NCBI GenBank assembly: GCA_030704615.1
Contig: CM060732.1
Coordinates: 27,342,001 to 27,406,000 of the forward strand
DNA length: 64,000 bases
From: Takakia lepidozioides
Taxonomy: Eukaryota > Plantae > Bryophyta
Reading direction: 5' to 3'
The notes under the pieces are model-generated. The model saw only the letters and a program-made list of their open reading frames with translations, was not told the DNA's origin and ran no database searches. This document shows, piece by piece, positions 51,274-64,000 of this stretch (positions are counted from its first letter, which is position 1; each line of letters opens with the position of its first letter). The position numbers were made by a program, and so were the translations under genes.

Positions 51274-51890
51274 CTGATGAAGGTACCTTCTTCAATACAT
51301 TTCAGCCTGAGGGCACCTTCTGGTTTGACCTGTTTCAGCCTGTTTTGCCCTCTCAGCAGACTTAGCCTTGAAATTGCATATATACTGAATTCTGTAAGTT
51401 AGCTCGTTGGGTGGATTTGTGGTGGTTTGGAGTGATTTTGGAAGTTATTGCCGAGGTGGCAGCAGGAAAGTACCTAAAAATAGATAATAGAGATGGAGAG
51501 AAGCTTTCAAGGAATGAATACTTTTTTGACCCCAGTCAATGGCGGGACAGTGTGGGTAGATGGTAAACTGGAAACAACAACGGCAACAACGCAATTGAGA
51601 CAAGGCACTGCTAATGAAGGTACATTCTTCAACACATTTCAGCCTGTTTTTCCCTATTATCAGAGTCGTCCTTAAATTTTCAGATGGCCGGATTTCAAGC
51701 TCCAGATTACCTATGAGTCCCTGGGATAGCTACAAGAAACCTATATGGTAGATGGTCAACTGGAAGCCACAACAGCAACAACAGAGGCAGGATGTATGCA
51801 TTGTTAGCGTGGAGGGAGGGGTAGCTGTTGATGTAGGGAGAGGATTGTGGGTGCAGAATCATCCAAGAAGGCCAGATTTGGAGCATAGAA
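51274..51890 (+). pseudogene. Tandem decayed PDF-motif exon/intron cassettes
   Basis: NEYFFDPSQWRD, WVDGKLETTTA, PDFKLQITYES, SYKKPIWVDGQLEA and HPRRPDLEHR; homologous to 40040-40600. Confidence 0.75.
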
Positions 51891-52348
51891 CAGCGCTGGT
51901 AGGAGTTCTATAAATATTAGCAGCGACAAACTAATCAATCAGGTACTTGCTTTTGTACTCATTTCATCCTCTTATCAACGTAGTCTCTGCTTGGACAGCC
52001 TATAGGGCTGTAAAAAACAGAACTCTACAACCTTCCAACCCAGGTGCTCTGTCATTGGCATATCAAGGTCTGATTTGAAATGCTTTCATTGCATTTTGTA
52101 GGTGAACTCATCATAGAAGAAGAGTTGGAAGTAAAAGTCTTGCTTGTTGGAGGAGATGAATCTTGTTCACTATGGAAGGTATCACATACAAATGCATCCG
52201 AGCAAAAATTCTAGGTGATGAGCTTGTCTCAGGAAAATTTCATTTCCTTTCCATGGGGGGTAGTGTTCTTTCAGCCAAGTAGGAAGAGAGGATGGTTCTG
52301 AAAAGGGATACTGTACACAATAAGATTTCAAACTGATGGGACCAAGGA

Positions 52349-54560
52349 TTGAAAAGACCTCTATCCTCCAGTGGTTCTACGATCTTGCATGAGGACATAC
52401 CAGGCGAGGACCCGACACCAGTGTCTAAAAAAATGAGGATGGACCTTGACACTATCTTTGCTGGCGATGGTGGAAATGAAGACCATTCACATGAGCGTGC
52501 ACTTCAGCAGAGATCTGGTAGATTGTGCAGCACATTGGCTACACCCAGGGATATTCAAAAATGGCAGAAAGAGAGCCGTTGAAAGGAAAATCTCTGCAGA
52601 AGGACGATGTGACAAGTTTGAGCTCATGACAAAGGATCAACAAAGACAACCAATGTTCTACATATGGGGTGTTGAGTGTGAAGATGTTTATGCACGGTCT
52701 GGGAAAAACGAACCATATGATGCATGTGCAAACTTTATGAGATCTCATATGAGGAGTGAGGGGCATCGCATAGCCTATGATTGGCGTCATGGGAAGGGTT
52801 CATCAGAAGGTGTCATCAGCCCTGTAAGTACAGAAGAAGCATTAGATGCAAAAAAGAACAGGGTGAAGGAGGCATTAGAGGAAGTCATTCGGTTTTGTGA
52901 AGACATCCTGGAAACAGATTTGAGATTGTGGAAGCTACAATTGGAGACTATTTGCAGTTGGGTTCCATAAGGATTAAGTGTGCAATTGATTCGAAGTGGC
53001 TAATCTTGTTTCCAAGGACAGGTTCTTTGCAATCTTCTTTGACAGAGCATGTGAAAGGAAAAACCCATGTGAAGGCGGAGATTTGCCAGAAGGTTGGAAG
53101 TAATGAAGGATTGTGCAAAAAGATATGGAGGCCTCCAAAGCCCATGATTGCCAAAGATGTAAAACAACGGGATCTAAGCTCTTTCTTGGTCAATCAACAT
53201 GTGTTGCCATCCCCACCACTTGACAATCCAATTGTGGCATCAACAATGGAAGCATCCTCATCACAAACTCCATACACTTGTGTTGAAGCTGTCCAACGGG
53301 GAGATCTGATTGACGATTGACAATTACAGCGAAGGTCCCAATGCAACAAAGGAAGAGACAACTTGTGTGGGGCCTATGGGATGAATGGTGGGAGTACAAC
53401 CACAAGAGAATAAGTATGAAACCATTCCCTTAAGATAACAAGGGAGGAAAGAAGTGGTATGTTGAGCCGTTGACACATGCAACCATCATTCTCAACAATC
53501 AAAAGCATAAGGTTGTTGGTACGTTTCGACACGCAGATTGTTTTAGGTGTCATTGGATGGGGAGCCATTTTCAAACTTGAGGTGTTCGGCATGTTCTTCC
53601 ATTCCCTTGGAAAATGATTTCAGAATGAAGGTATATAGAGAGAGAGGTGCAATGGAATGTAGAGGGGAGAGAAATACTGGCAAGGGAAGAAGGCTGACAT
53701 ATCTTGGAAATGCCGGGATTATCAAACAAGTTTACAAAAACAGATAGGAGTTGAGGCAGTTGAGGTTCAAATTGTGGGAGGCCAGGACCAAAGTGACATC
53801 CTTGTCTGTGCGATATAGGAGTTTGAAGGAGTCTGGGATTGAGGCAATTGAAAGAGGAGATGTTCTCAAATTTTGTCGTGATATTGTTGATGCATATAGG
53901 AGGGGGGATTTTGAAGGAAAAGAAAGTTTGTGGGACTTTCTTGTTGATATGGGCAAGAATATTGACAGATCTCCACAAGGGAAGAGATATGGTACTAGCA
54001 CAAAAACAATGTTTGAGACTGTGTAGCTATGGGGGTGTCCGAGATTGCATCATTTCTTGGCTTCAAATGTGGGGGGTCCTTCTATTGATACTACAAGACG
54101 GTCTTTGAGGAAGGGTTTGAAATATAGAGTGGGAGAAATGGATGATATATTTCAACATGTGGCTGGAAATTACATAAATGTGATGGAAGATGCAAGTATT
54201 CCAATGGGAATCCCTGTGATGGTGGCTTCAGATGAAACTGTTGTGAAGCGATTGGTACGGTGGATTGCTAGGGATGACACCCTCCTCGGGTTCTGTGGGC
54301 TTCAAGACAACCATGCATGTATTTCAGATTTTGTGATGCAAGTGGGAGCAGGGGAATCAAGGTACGAACATATTGTGGAGGCATTCAAAAACAATGTGGT
54401 CGCCCATTACGCTAGAGTGTTGATAACAAATCCTCTACATGTACGGTTACCTCGATTGGTATTGGTAACCCAACTCCCTTGCAATAGATTTGACAACAAT
54501 TTTGTGAAATCTCAATGGGAAGTGGTGAGGCAATTGTGACAGTTGTGGTTTCCAACACTT
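52349..54560 (+). pseudogene. Decayed DNA transposase, P-element/THAP9-like (tentative)
   Basis: GGPSIDTTRR, VASDETVVKRLVRWIARDDTLLGFCG and NPLHVRLPRLVL...CNRFD...QW; upstream C/H-rich segments; many stops. Confidence 0.5.
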
Positions 54561-54870
54561 TCAACACAGGGCACACATAGATTTGGCAATGATAAGTCCA
54601 AGGCACATCTACCGCCCCACAGAAATGCTTGCATTGCTCAAGAACTCTTCCCTAAAATTTCCTAGAATAGATAACTCGCAACCTCTCGACAAAACTGGAA
54701 ACATTACACATGACTCTGCATGTTTCCTTGAACTTGTTAGTTAAGAGTCAAGATTTCTGTTTGCTGTACATTTCAGTACTTTTCACAGTTCTATGTATTT
54801 CCTACCCGAAATCTTTTGAGCTGACTGAATCAACATGAACCATAGTGTAAGCAAGGCAGGTTTAAATGGA

Positions 54871-57746
54871 TACATTCGTCCAGGACTAGCTCCAATACTT
54901 TCTCGTAGTGATCCTCTGGATTTAACAAGCTTTGATCTAACAGTATTTTCTCCTCAAAGAACATCTTGAGCACTTCTGCATATGCTCGCCTGCAACAGAA
55001 GATGGAGTCTTCGGACATTAGCCTCACACTTTGTTAAATAGAGGGGCATGGATTGGTCCCTGAGAGATTAATAAGCTAGATAAGTAGATGGAGGTGGAGG
55101 ACCAGCCATGCAAATGTTATCTTCATCTCCTCTCCTGTGAAGATTGAGAGGGGCGACTAGAGAAAAGCAAGAAGGGTACAAACAGCAGGCAACCGAGGCA
55201 CCGAAAAAGAGGGCCACATTACACTGTTGAACGTCATACTTTTGCAATCTCATATAGATACAAAACATATATCAATGTTAGAGGCTAGTAACACTGGAGA
55301 GGCAATTAAAGATATACAAACAACATACAAAAAATCACATTCTAGACAGCTGGAGAAGGCAGGCATGGTGCAAAGAGCAGAACAAGGCTGAGTTACGTAC
55401 GCAATTGCGGGGTGAAGAGCTGCTCCAGTGAGGGATACCTTTTTCATGTTATTCTCGTTTCTCTGTCTCCACCAGCCTTTTCATTAGCCTTCTCATGTTT
55501 GTTCATCGGATATTTCAAACACAGACCAGGCTTGATTCTCAGCAAAGGTGCCTAAAGAGTCTCACAGCAACACCCAAACAACTGGCACTTATAGGAAAGC
55601 CTCGTGATCTCAAATGTAGATTTAAGCCACCCAGAGCATCTATCTGCTACAGGTTGCAAAGGCCTTGCGCCTACTTTCAACTCTTTTCCTGCCACACTCA
55701 CATAAATTAGTATTTGCAGTTTTCCAGGAGCAGAAGGAAGGATTGAAAAATGTAGGTGTGACTACCATCACTTTTGTGCCCCCTTCCCGAACTGGTACTA
55801 TGTTCATCTGATTGTCATACATATTCTGAAAATTTCTGCACTGAACAATCATGGGTCCCTCCCGTGAAGTTTTCTTCACAAATTTGAAATCTATACTACA
55901 ACTGCTGATATGACCACAGTTTCTAGACCTGTTCAGAGAATGGGGTGGGGTCCACCCAAAGCAAGCTCCCCACTGACAGCCCAGCATTTCCAGTCACAGA
56001 GATAACCCATTAAGGGGAGAGTAGGTGTGTACTAAGAGGACCCTGCTCACCAACAAGTCATGAGAAATTCTTCCACATAGCTATGCATCATGTGCAGCCC
56101 TGACCACAAATGACAGCCAAGACAACGGTGACTAAAAGAAGTTGAGTAGACACCTGCGTGCTCTTGGATCACAAACCCAACAATGGACACCACGTCGACC
56201 CCTATAAACCCATAGTATGTGCTCAAATCCAAAGTCCTCTGCAAGAACAAATGAACAAAGGCATATTGAAGCCATTCCTCATAAGTGCAGCCATGAGAAG
56301 CTAAGTTGCAGCTTCAAGACACAAGGGCTTAAGGAGAAGTGTGCTATTTGGAACTTCCAGAGGGCCAGGAACAAGTTGCACTGTGAAATTTTTAATCACA
56401 TGCATGCCTCAGCCACAATTACAAGCTCAACCAGAATCATCCCTTATCAGAACCTCCAAGAAATATGTGTATGGGGAAAAGGGCCGTTCCTCGTCGAAAA
56501 GTATTAATTGGATAACATCATCAGCTACGATAGCATGCAAATAGCATGTACCTGCATACATGTACATTCAATGAAAGAGTGACAAGTCAATGAGCCAGAG
56601 GACAATCTATTATAAGACCTTGTGGGATCTTGACAAAGTAAACTAAGAGGGGAAAAAAGATTAGACCTCTGAGAGCAGTATCCATAACTTTGATGGCAAT
56701 TGTCATGGGAGGCCAACATTGCAGACATATATCTGCCCCTCTGCAACAATGGCGATTGTCATCATAGTCTGTCATATCCTGCCAGAACTACAACCCCTTC
56801 AGCACAGCTTAAGACAGCATGCCCTCTCAGACACGCAGCTTCATTCTTCTGCTTTATTTCCTTGAAAGGGCGGGGGCATCCCCCTGAATGGCGTTGCATC
56901 ACAAAGCCGATGTCCTGAAATTGTGCTTTAACTTTTTCTATCCTATTTTGTCCCATGGGCTCTCTCTCTCTAGGCAACATTTTCAGTCTTCTCATGTGCT
57001 TTTTTTGTTGATATATTTTTGTCACATGCACATAGAACTTTTAGATCAGGGCCAGAAACTCACAATGTCAGAAACAAGCTCCCTCGCCACAGGAGAGAAG
57101 ACTCGGTCTGCGCCCAGGCTTGAATATGCTGTCCTCTTAGCAGGCTGCAGCACCACTACAGTCAATCAGTATGCAGCCATAAACTGAGATGTAGTGAAGA
57201 GACAAGTCATCATCCTCACTGCTCCATGTCTGTAATGTAGACTAAAAAACCCAAGTTTCAAATGCAAACCTTTAATGCAGATTCACACTAGGAAACCATA
57301 TGAGAAGAACTCTTCACACCCTCACTAGACAGGAACGTGTATTGTGCATCATCATCAAACAAATGACTTCATTTATCCACTGGCTGTTCGTCTTGTAAAC
57401 GTTATTCACTCCAGGAAAAACAACTATGTATTTGCTGACAGGTGCAGAAATTCAATGAAAGAATCAGGTAACCTTAAGTGGACTGCTATCTTCATGGTTT
57501 CCCACAACTGAAGTAGCTACTGCTCAGTGATGGCTCCCCATATACTACAGACTTGACGTAAGAATCTTACATCAACATTGTAAACAGCCCCTATGTCAAT
57601 CTTGTGAGGGCACTGGTCCCTTATGGCCACCTCCATCCCAGCAGCATCATGGAAGGACAAGTAACGCACATAGACGTCATGCTCCAAGGTGAACGAGAAC
57701 TCCCTCCTCCCGAAAAAGGAGGGGTCGCACCCTGGATGCTTTCCAT
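54871..57746 (-). pseudogene. PRI1: Partial DNA primase small (catalytic) subunit gene
   Basis: GT-AG exons 57571-57746 (GRREFSFTL...PHKIDIGAVY), 57064-57144 (RELVSDI), 56667-56778 (DMTDYDD...CWP), 56154-56238 ([23 protein letters not shown]), ~55401-55462 and ~54871-54989. The 5' and 3' exons were not found. Confidence 0.85.
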
Positions 57747-59020
57747 CTGCAGACCCCACGCATGCAAAATTGCAGCCCCTTCTCTCCCAAGGACAATCTA
57801 TTGCAGTAAAACCTAGTGAAACCTGAACTTAAAATGCTGCTCTAATAGTTGCTTCCTGAAATGCCAAAAAGCCCATACACAAATGTAGCATTCTTCCCTC
57901 TTGAAAGCCAAACTTCCAATGTCTAAGTGAGACCTCCCTGTTTAATTAAGACATAATTCTCTTTGCCATTCTCGTATTGAAATAAACTAGCCTGAGCTGT
58001 ACCACTGTTGTTTACAATCTTTACAAGGTAAGACCCATTTCTCTTCCTTCTTTCTTTCTCACTCTGAGCAGCGATAGCAGCATTCATCTCTAACCCCTCA
58101 TATTCCTCAACTGGGCCCGAGAGCTCCTGCAGTGTGCCATGTGACATACATGAATTTTCTATAGAGCATGTGTGAAATTGCAAATCATAGAGTCTAACTT
58201 GGTGAGAATGAGACACAAAGATAGAAATGCAAACGAGAAGAAAAGAAAGAAAGAGAAAAGGAATCATGGTAATGCCCTTGAAAAGACAAGGACTTATAGG
58301 GCAATCCAGCAGAAATGTCATTCAAAACAACAAGAAACGAGGTCTACATCAGTACAGAGAGTCAGAGGATAAGTTGAAGCTGAAGAACAAAATAGCAATA
58401 TCACTGCTCATTGCACAACTGCATCATACATGCTCCCAAATCTGGTCTCAAACTGTAGATAACTGTGTTCTGAAGTGGGTCGAGTACATGGACTCTATCC
58501 CCCAACCGTGAACTCCAACATGCACAAAAAGCTTTTAATTGTGAGGGAATCATGCAAATCAAATTCATGCCGCATTAATCAATAACGGAATACCCAAATT
58601 CCATGACAGTCACTATGCGAACTTCCAAGGGGCCACCATGGGATTAAATTTTGGTGCGTTAAGGCCAGCTTTCCACAACATTCATGAAAGTTAGTCAAGG
58701 GCTATATCTAAAGCACCACGACAAACATACAAAGATGTCCAAATTTGAGATGCTGAACAAACTTGTGCACAAGGCTGCCCCTATGATCAAGCTTGTCCTT
58801 CCACTAGCACACGAGTAAATCAAAACCCCCTCTTCACTCATTACCTGCCCCAACCAAGTGTAATTATGGGCTGACTTCCCACCTATGCTGTAGACCCCAC
58901 TACCATTTCCTGTCTGCCCTCAACAGTACACTGGAAATGGTGGATGAACTCAGTAGCTACACAGATCAATGAATGAAGTAAGACAATCCCACCATCCTAC
59001 CTTTCCAGAAAAACATCGAT

Positions 59021-60060
59021 TCACCAATAATCCCCGCAAGAACAAACCCCATCTTCAAAGTGGTGAAAGTGGTTAGCTTCCCTGCTCGACCAACAATCCT
59101 TGAGGTGAACTTGGTGTAAGTGTGGCAGTCACCAAATACCCAGAGATTCTTGATGGGAGAGGAGTCCAAGGGGACGTGCTGATCAGCCCAAAACCAATGG
59201 CCACTCTCTCTCTGTGGTGGCCAAGAGAAAAATCCTTTTGCTCCTCCCCCACATCATGCAATACAAAGCGTGTGTCAGGCACATACCTTGCCTCCTTCAT
59301 CTGCACAGACAATCTTCTCACCTCAGCATGGGATTCCTCAATTTCTGAATGCAATTTCTCATCTACAACAATGCACCCTAGTTCCAACCTCAATGCAGCA
59401 GTGACCTGGCTCCTTTCTAACCCCTCCAACCTTCATCATATTTCTCAACTTGCACTATCGTCCCACCTGCCAGCTACGGCATAGATGTTTGACAGCAACA
59501 CATACGTCGCAGCCTCCAGTTCATCCCACTAGAGAATAGATGGTGCCACACATTCAGCCATCAACATTGCCATCGATTCTGCAGGCACCAAGCAATGCCA
59601 TCCACACCACAGTATTTGGTTTCATTGACATTTTGTTGATGAGGTCTTCTGCCTCATCCAATTGCCCCACACGGCCAAGAAGGTCCACCATGGAGCCAAA
59701 GTGCTCCAGTGCTGGAGTGATGCCGTGATCTTCACTCAGGGAGTTACAGTAGTACTTGCCGTCATCCACTCGGCCAGCAAGGCTACATGCAGAGAGAACA
59801 CATAGCTTGAAGCCTTCCACTTGCATTTCTTCCAATAGCTGCACGGCTCCATATCATAACCATGCTATGCATATCCTGCAATCATCAATTTCCAGGAAAC
59901 CATATTTTGCTCGGCCATACGTCGAACACTCCCTTTGCACATTTGATGCTGCCATTGGCATACATGTCGACCAGGGCACTGTCCAGACTGACATCAGGTA
60001 AAATCCCAGCTTTGATATTGTCACCGTGGACCTCTTCACCCTTTTCCAGGGCTGCCAGGA
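59021..60060 (-). pseudogene. Relic PPR-E-DYW gene (last PLS module to DYW)
   Basis: HFGSMVDLLGRVGQLDEAE, YVPDTRFVLHDV and HHRERVAIGFG (HSE lost); multiple indels. Confidence 0.88.
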
Positions 60061-60302
60061 TAAACCCTAAACCCACATCGACAGCCCTCTGATTTCTTTC
60101 CACTATCGCCAGAGACAGTCAAAATCCCCCTTCACTCATTACCTGTAGACCCCGCTACCATTGCCTGTGGATATGCCACGGGAAATGCCCTCAACAGTAC
60201 ATCATGGTCAATATTCTCAGGAAATGGTGGATGAACTGAGTTACGACACAGATCAATGAATGAAGCAAGACACTCGCACCTTTCCAGAAACAAAACAATG
60301 TT

Positions 60303-63300
60303 TCACCAGTAATCCCCGCAAGAACAAACCCCATCTTCAAAGTGGTGAAAGCGGTTAGCATCCCGTACAACAATTGCTCGGCCCACAATCTTTGAGATGA
60401 ACTTGGTGGAGGTGTGGCAGTCGCCACACACCCGAAGATTCTTGATGAGACGGAGAGGCGCCTTAGGGGACGTGCTTATCAGCCCAAAACCAAGGGCTAG
60501 TTTCTCACTGTGGTGGCAAAGAGAAGATTCATTTTGCTCCCCACCCACATCATGCAATTCTAAGTGTGTGTCAGGCACATACCCTGCCTCCTTCATCTGT
60601 CTAGACAATCTTATCAACTCAGCATGGATTTCCTTAATTTTGGGATGCAATTTATCATCTACAACAAAGGTATGCACCCTGTTGCCAACCTCAATGCAGC
60701 AGCGACCTGGCGCCTTTCTAGCCCCTCTGACCTTCATCATTTTTCTCACCTTTGCACTATCGCCCCACCTGCAAGCTGTGGCATAGATGTTTGATAGCAA
60801 GACTAAAGTCGCGGCATCCTGTTCATCCCACTTGAGAATAGATGTTGCCGCACGTTCAGCCATCTCCACATTGCCATGCATTCTGCAGGCACCAAGCAAG
60901 GCCTTCCACACCACAGCATCTGGTTTGATTGGCATTATATCAATGAGGTCCTCTGCCTCCTTCAATCGCCCGGCACGTCCAAGAAGGTCCACCATGCAGC
61001 CAAAGTGTTTTACTGTTGGGGTGACATCATGAGTTTGAGCCAGGGAACCGAAGTAGCATCTGCCTTCATCCAGTAGGCCAACGTGGCTACATGCGGAGAG
61101 AACACATATATAGGTGATACTGTCAGGCTTCAAGCCTTCCATTTGCATTTGTTCAAATAGTTGCAGGGCTTCCCTATGACAACCATGCTGGGCATATCCT
61201 GCGATCATACCGTTCCAGGACACCACATCTCGTTCAGCCATATTGTCGAACACCCCCTTTGCATCTTCGATGCTCCCACATTTGGCATACATGTCCACCA
61301 GGGCAGTGTTCAGAATGACATCTGGTACAATTCCAGCTCTGACGATGTCACCATGGACCTCTTTGGCTTTTTCCAGGGCAGCCAGGCTCGCACACGCATT
61401 GGAAACGCAAACAAATGTGATGTGGTTGGGCTTCACCCCTTCCTCCATCATTTGCTCATATGTCTCCAAAGCCTCCATCCCATGCCCCTGCTGTGCATAT
61501 CCTGTGATCATCGCGTTCCATGACACCACATCACGTTCAGCCATAGTGTCGAACACTCCCTTTGCATCTTCAATGCTCCCACATTTGGCATACATGTCCA
61601 CCAGAGCAGTGTTCAGAATGACATCTAATACAATTCCAGCTTTGGCGATGTAACTGTGGACCTCTTTGCCCTTTTCCAGGGCCGCCAGACTTGCACACGC
61701 ATTGCAAACGCAAACAAATGTGATGTGGTTGGGCTTCACTCCTTCCTGCATCATTTCCTCATAGATCTCCAAAGCCTCCATCCCTCGCCCCTGCTGCGCA
61801 TACCCTGTGATCATGGCGTTCCACGACACCACATTTCGTTCAGCCGTAGTGTCGAACACTCCCTTTGCATCTTCAATGCTCCCACATTTGGCATACATGT
61901 CCACCAGGGCAGTGTTCAGAATGACATCTGGTATAATTCCAGCTCTGACGATGTCACCATGGACCTCTTTGCCTTTTTCCAGGGCTGCCAGGCTCGCACA
62001 CGCATTGCAAGCACAAACAAACGTGATGCGGTTGGGCTTTACCCCTTCCCGCATCATTTGCTCATAGGTCTCCAAAGCCTTCATCCCATGCCCCTGCTGT
62101 GCATATCCTGCGACCATCACGCTCCACGACACCACATCTCGTTCAGCCATATTGTCAAACACTCCCTTTGCATATTCAATGCTCCCACATTTGGCATACA
62201 TGTCCACCAGGGCAGTGTTAAGAATGACATCTGGTACAATTCCAGCTTTGACGATGTCATCATGCAGCTCTTTGCCCTTTTCCAGGGTTGCCATGCTCGC
62301 ACATGCATTGCAAATGCAAACATATGTGAAGTGGTTGGGCTTCACCCCTTCCCACATCATTTGCTCATAGGTCGCCAAGGCCTCCATCCTGTGCCCCTGT
62401 TGTGCATATCCTTTGATCATCACGTTCCATGACACCACATTTCGTTCAGCCATATTGTCAAACACTCCCTCTGCATCTTCGATGTTGCCGCATTTGGCAT
62501 ACATGTCCACCAGGGCCGTGTTCAGGACGACATCTGGTACAATTCCAGCTTTGATGATGTCACCATGCACCTCTCTGCCCTTTTCCAGGGCTGCCAGGCT
62601 TGCACACGCATTGCAAACGCAAACAAACGTGATGTGGTTTGGCGTCACCCCTTCCTGCATCATTTGCTCATAGATCTCCAAGGCCTCCACCCCTCGCCCC
62701 TGCTGTGCATATCCGGACATCATTGCGTTCCACGATACAACATTTCGTTCTGTCATATTGTTGAAAACTCCCTTTGCATCTTCCATGCGCCCACATTTGG
62801 CATACATGTCCACCAGGGCAGTGTTCAGAATGACATCTGGTATAATGCCAGCTTTGACAATGTCACCATGGACCTCTTTGCCCTTTTCCAGGGCAGCCAG
62901 GCTCGCACATGCATTGCAAACGCAAACAAACGTGATGTGGTTCGGCTTCACCCCTTCCTCCATCATTTGCTCATATGTCTCCAAAGCATTCCTACCACAC
63001 CCATGCTTGGTAAATCCTGACATCATTATATTCCACGTGATCAAACATCGCTGAGGCATTCTGTTGAACACTTGGTGAGCATCCACGATGCTCCCACACT
63101 TAACATACATGTTGACAAGAGTGTTGTGTACAAAAAGGTTGGGTTTAAATCCAGTTTGGATAATGTGAGCGTGCACCTGCTTTCCTGCTTCCAGGCTTTT
63201 AATCTTGATGCATTTATGCAAGAGACAGACATAAGTATCTAAATCTGATGAATTGCCTCCTTGCTTTAAAGTCTGTAGCGCCTCTTTCAGTCGCCCTGCC

Positions 63301-63884
63301 CCACACAGCATCCTCACATGCCCAGAAGTGCCAGAAGGGGCATTGTGGACTCCCTCTCTTGATCCTTTCTCAGAGGCTGTGGTCATGGTCGAGGTGCCTG
63401 ATTTTATCCACTGTGCCGCTGCTGCTTCCAGTTGACCATCTGCCCATGCAGGTTTCTTGTAGCTATCGATCCACAGGGAATCATAGGTAATCTTGTGCTT
63501 GAAATCCGGCCCTCTTGGATGAATCTGGACCCACACTCTATCCCTGCTCCTTCAGCTATCCCTGCCTCTGCACAAATCATGTATAGATCCTTGCCTTGCT
63601 GCTAGCTGCTGACAATGACAGCCTAGATTTGTTCTAGCAAACCCCCAACCCTACTTACCACACCAGTTCCAATGGTCAATTGCTCCCAAGACTTCAAAAA
63701 AGTGCTTGGCAGAGAGTGGAACAATTCCCAACAGAGCTATGCATTGCTACTTCTTGTCTGCTTGTGTGTGTAATCTACCAGGCATTCACCTTTTTGCCTC
63801 GATTGTCCCACCATTGACTGGGGTAGGAAAGATCTTCATTCCAAAGCTTCTCCTCGTATCTGTGATCTGTTTTTGGATACTTTC
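60303..63884 (-). CDS. PLS-class PPR-E-DYW protein with N-terminal PDF motif (copy 3)
   Basis: Exon 63884-63790 (KLWNEDLSYPSQWWDNRGKK), intron 63789-63525, exon 63524-60303 (IHPRGPDFKHK, seven PLS modules, HSEKLA, CGDCH, DYW*). The gene probably continues beyond the window end. Confidence 0.93.
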
Positions 63885-64000
63885 CTGTTACCACATTGGC
63901 AGTAACATGTCAGAATCACTCCAAACCACCATATATCCACCCAACGAGCATACTTAAAGAATTCAACATGAAAAATTAGGGGTGACTCTGATAAGAGGGC

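Noticed and set aside
40567-63435. Numerous antisense ORFs over the PPR genes
   Set aside because: Shadow frames of the repetitive PLS coding sequence with no independent signal.

Overview
Repeat-rich nuclear DNA from a land plant, most likely a non-seed plant (inferred from GT-AG introns, PLS-DYW PPR genes, and Gypsy and Mutator elements). 1-33 kb is a nest of related large Mutator-superfamily (MULE) elements. One is complete (8010-22608; 9-bp TSD CCAGAGGAA, ~38-bp imperfect TIRs). It carries a GCM-like/DDE/SWIM transposase and, divergently, a multi-exon cargo gene combining an N-terminal ParB/sulfiredoxin-like domain with a C-terminal beta-class (N4C/N6A-type) DNA amino-methyltransferase-like domain. 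Three more fragments of cargo paralogues occur (1.5 kb, 26.6 kb, 29.3 kb). Each lineage has its own non-coding palindrome, mostly with a GGYRCC core, upstream of the gene, in introns or near the termini. This suggests a self-targeting epigenetic or anti-silencing module analogous to VANDAL/VANC (inference). 33-37 kb is a Gypsy pol fragment split by a solo LTR. 39.5-64 kb is a cluster of PLS-E-DYW PPR genes: two with open PPR-DYW frames, one frameshifted and one relic. Their 5' exons encode OSB-type PDF ssDNA-binding motifs that appear to splice in frame to the PPR-DYW ORF. Also present are a truncated MULE, a decayed P-like transposase and a partial DNA primase small-subunit gene. All domain calls come from motif recognition by eye, not database searches.
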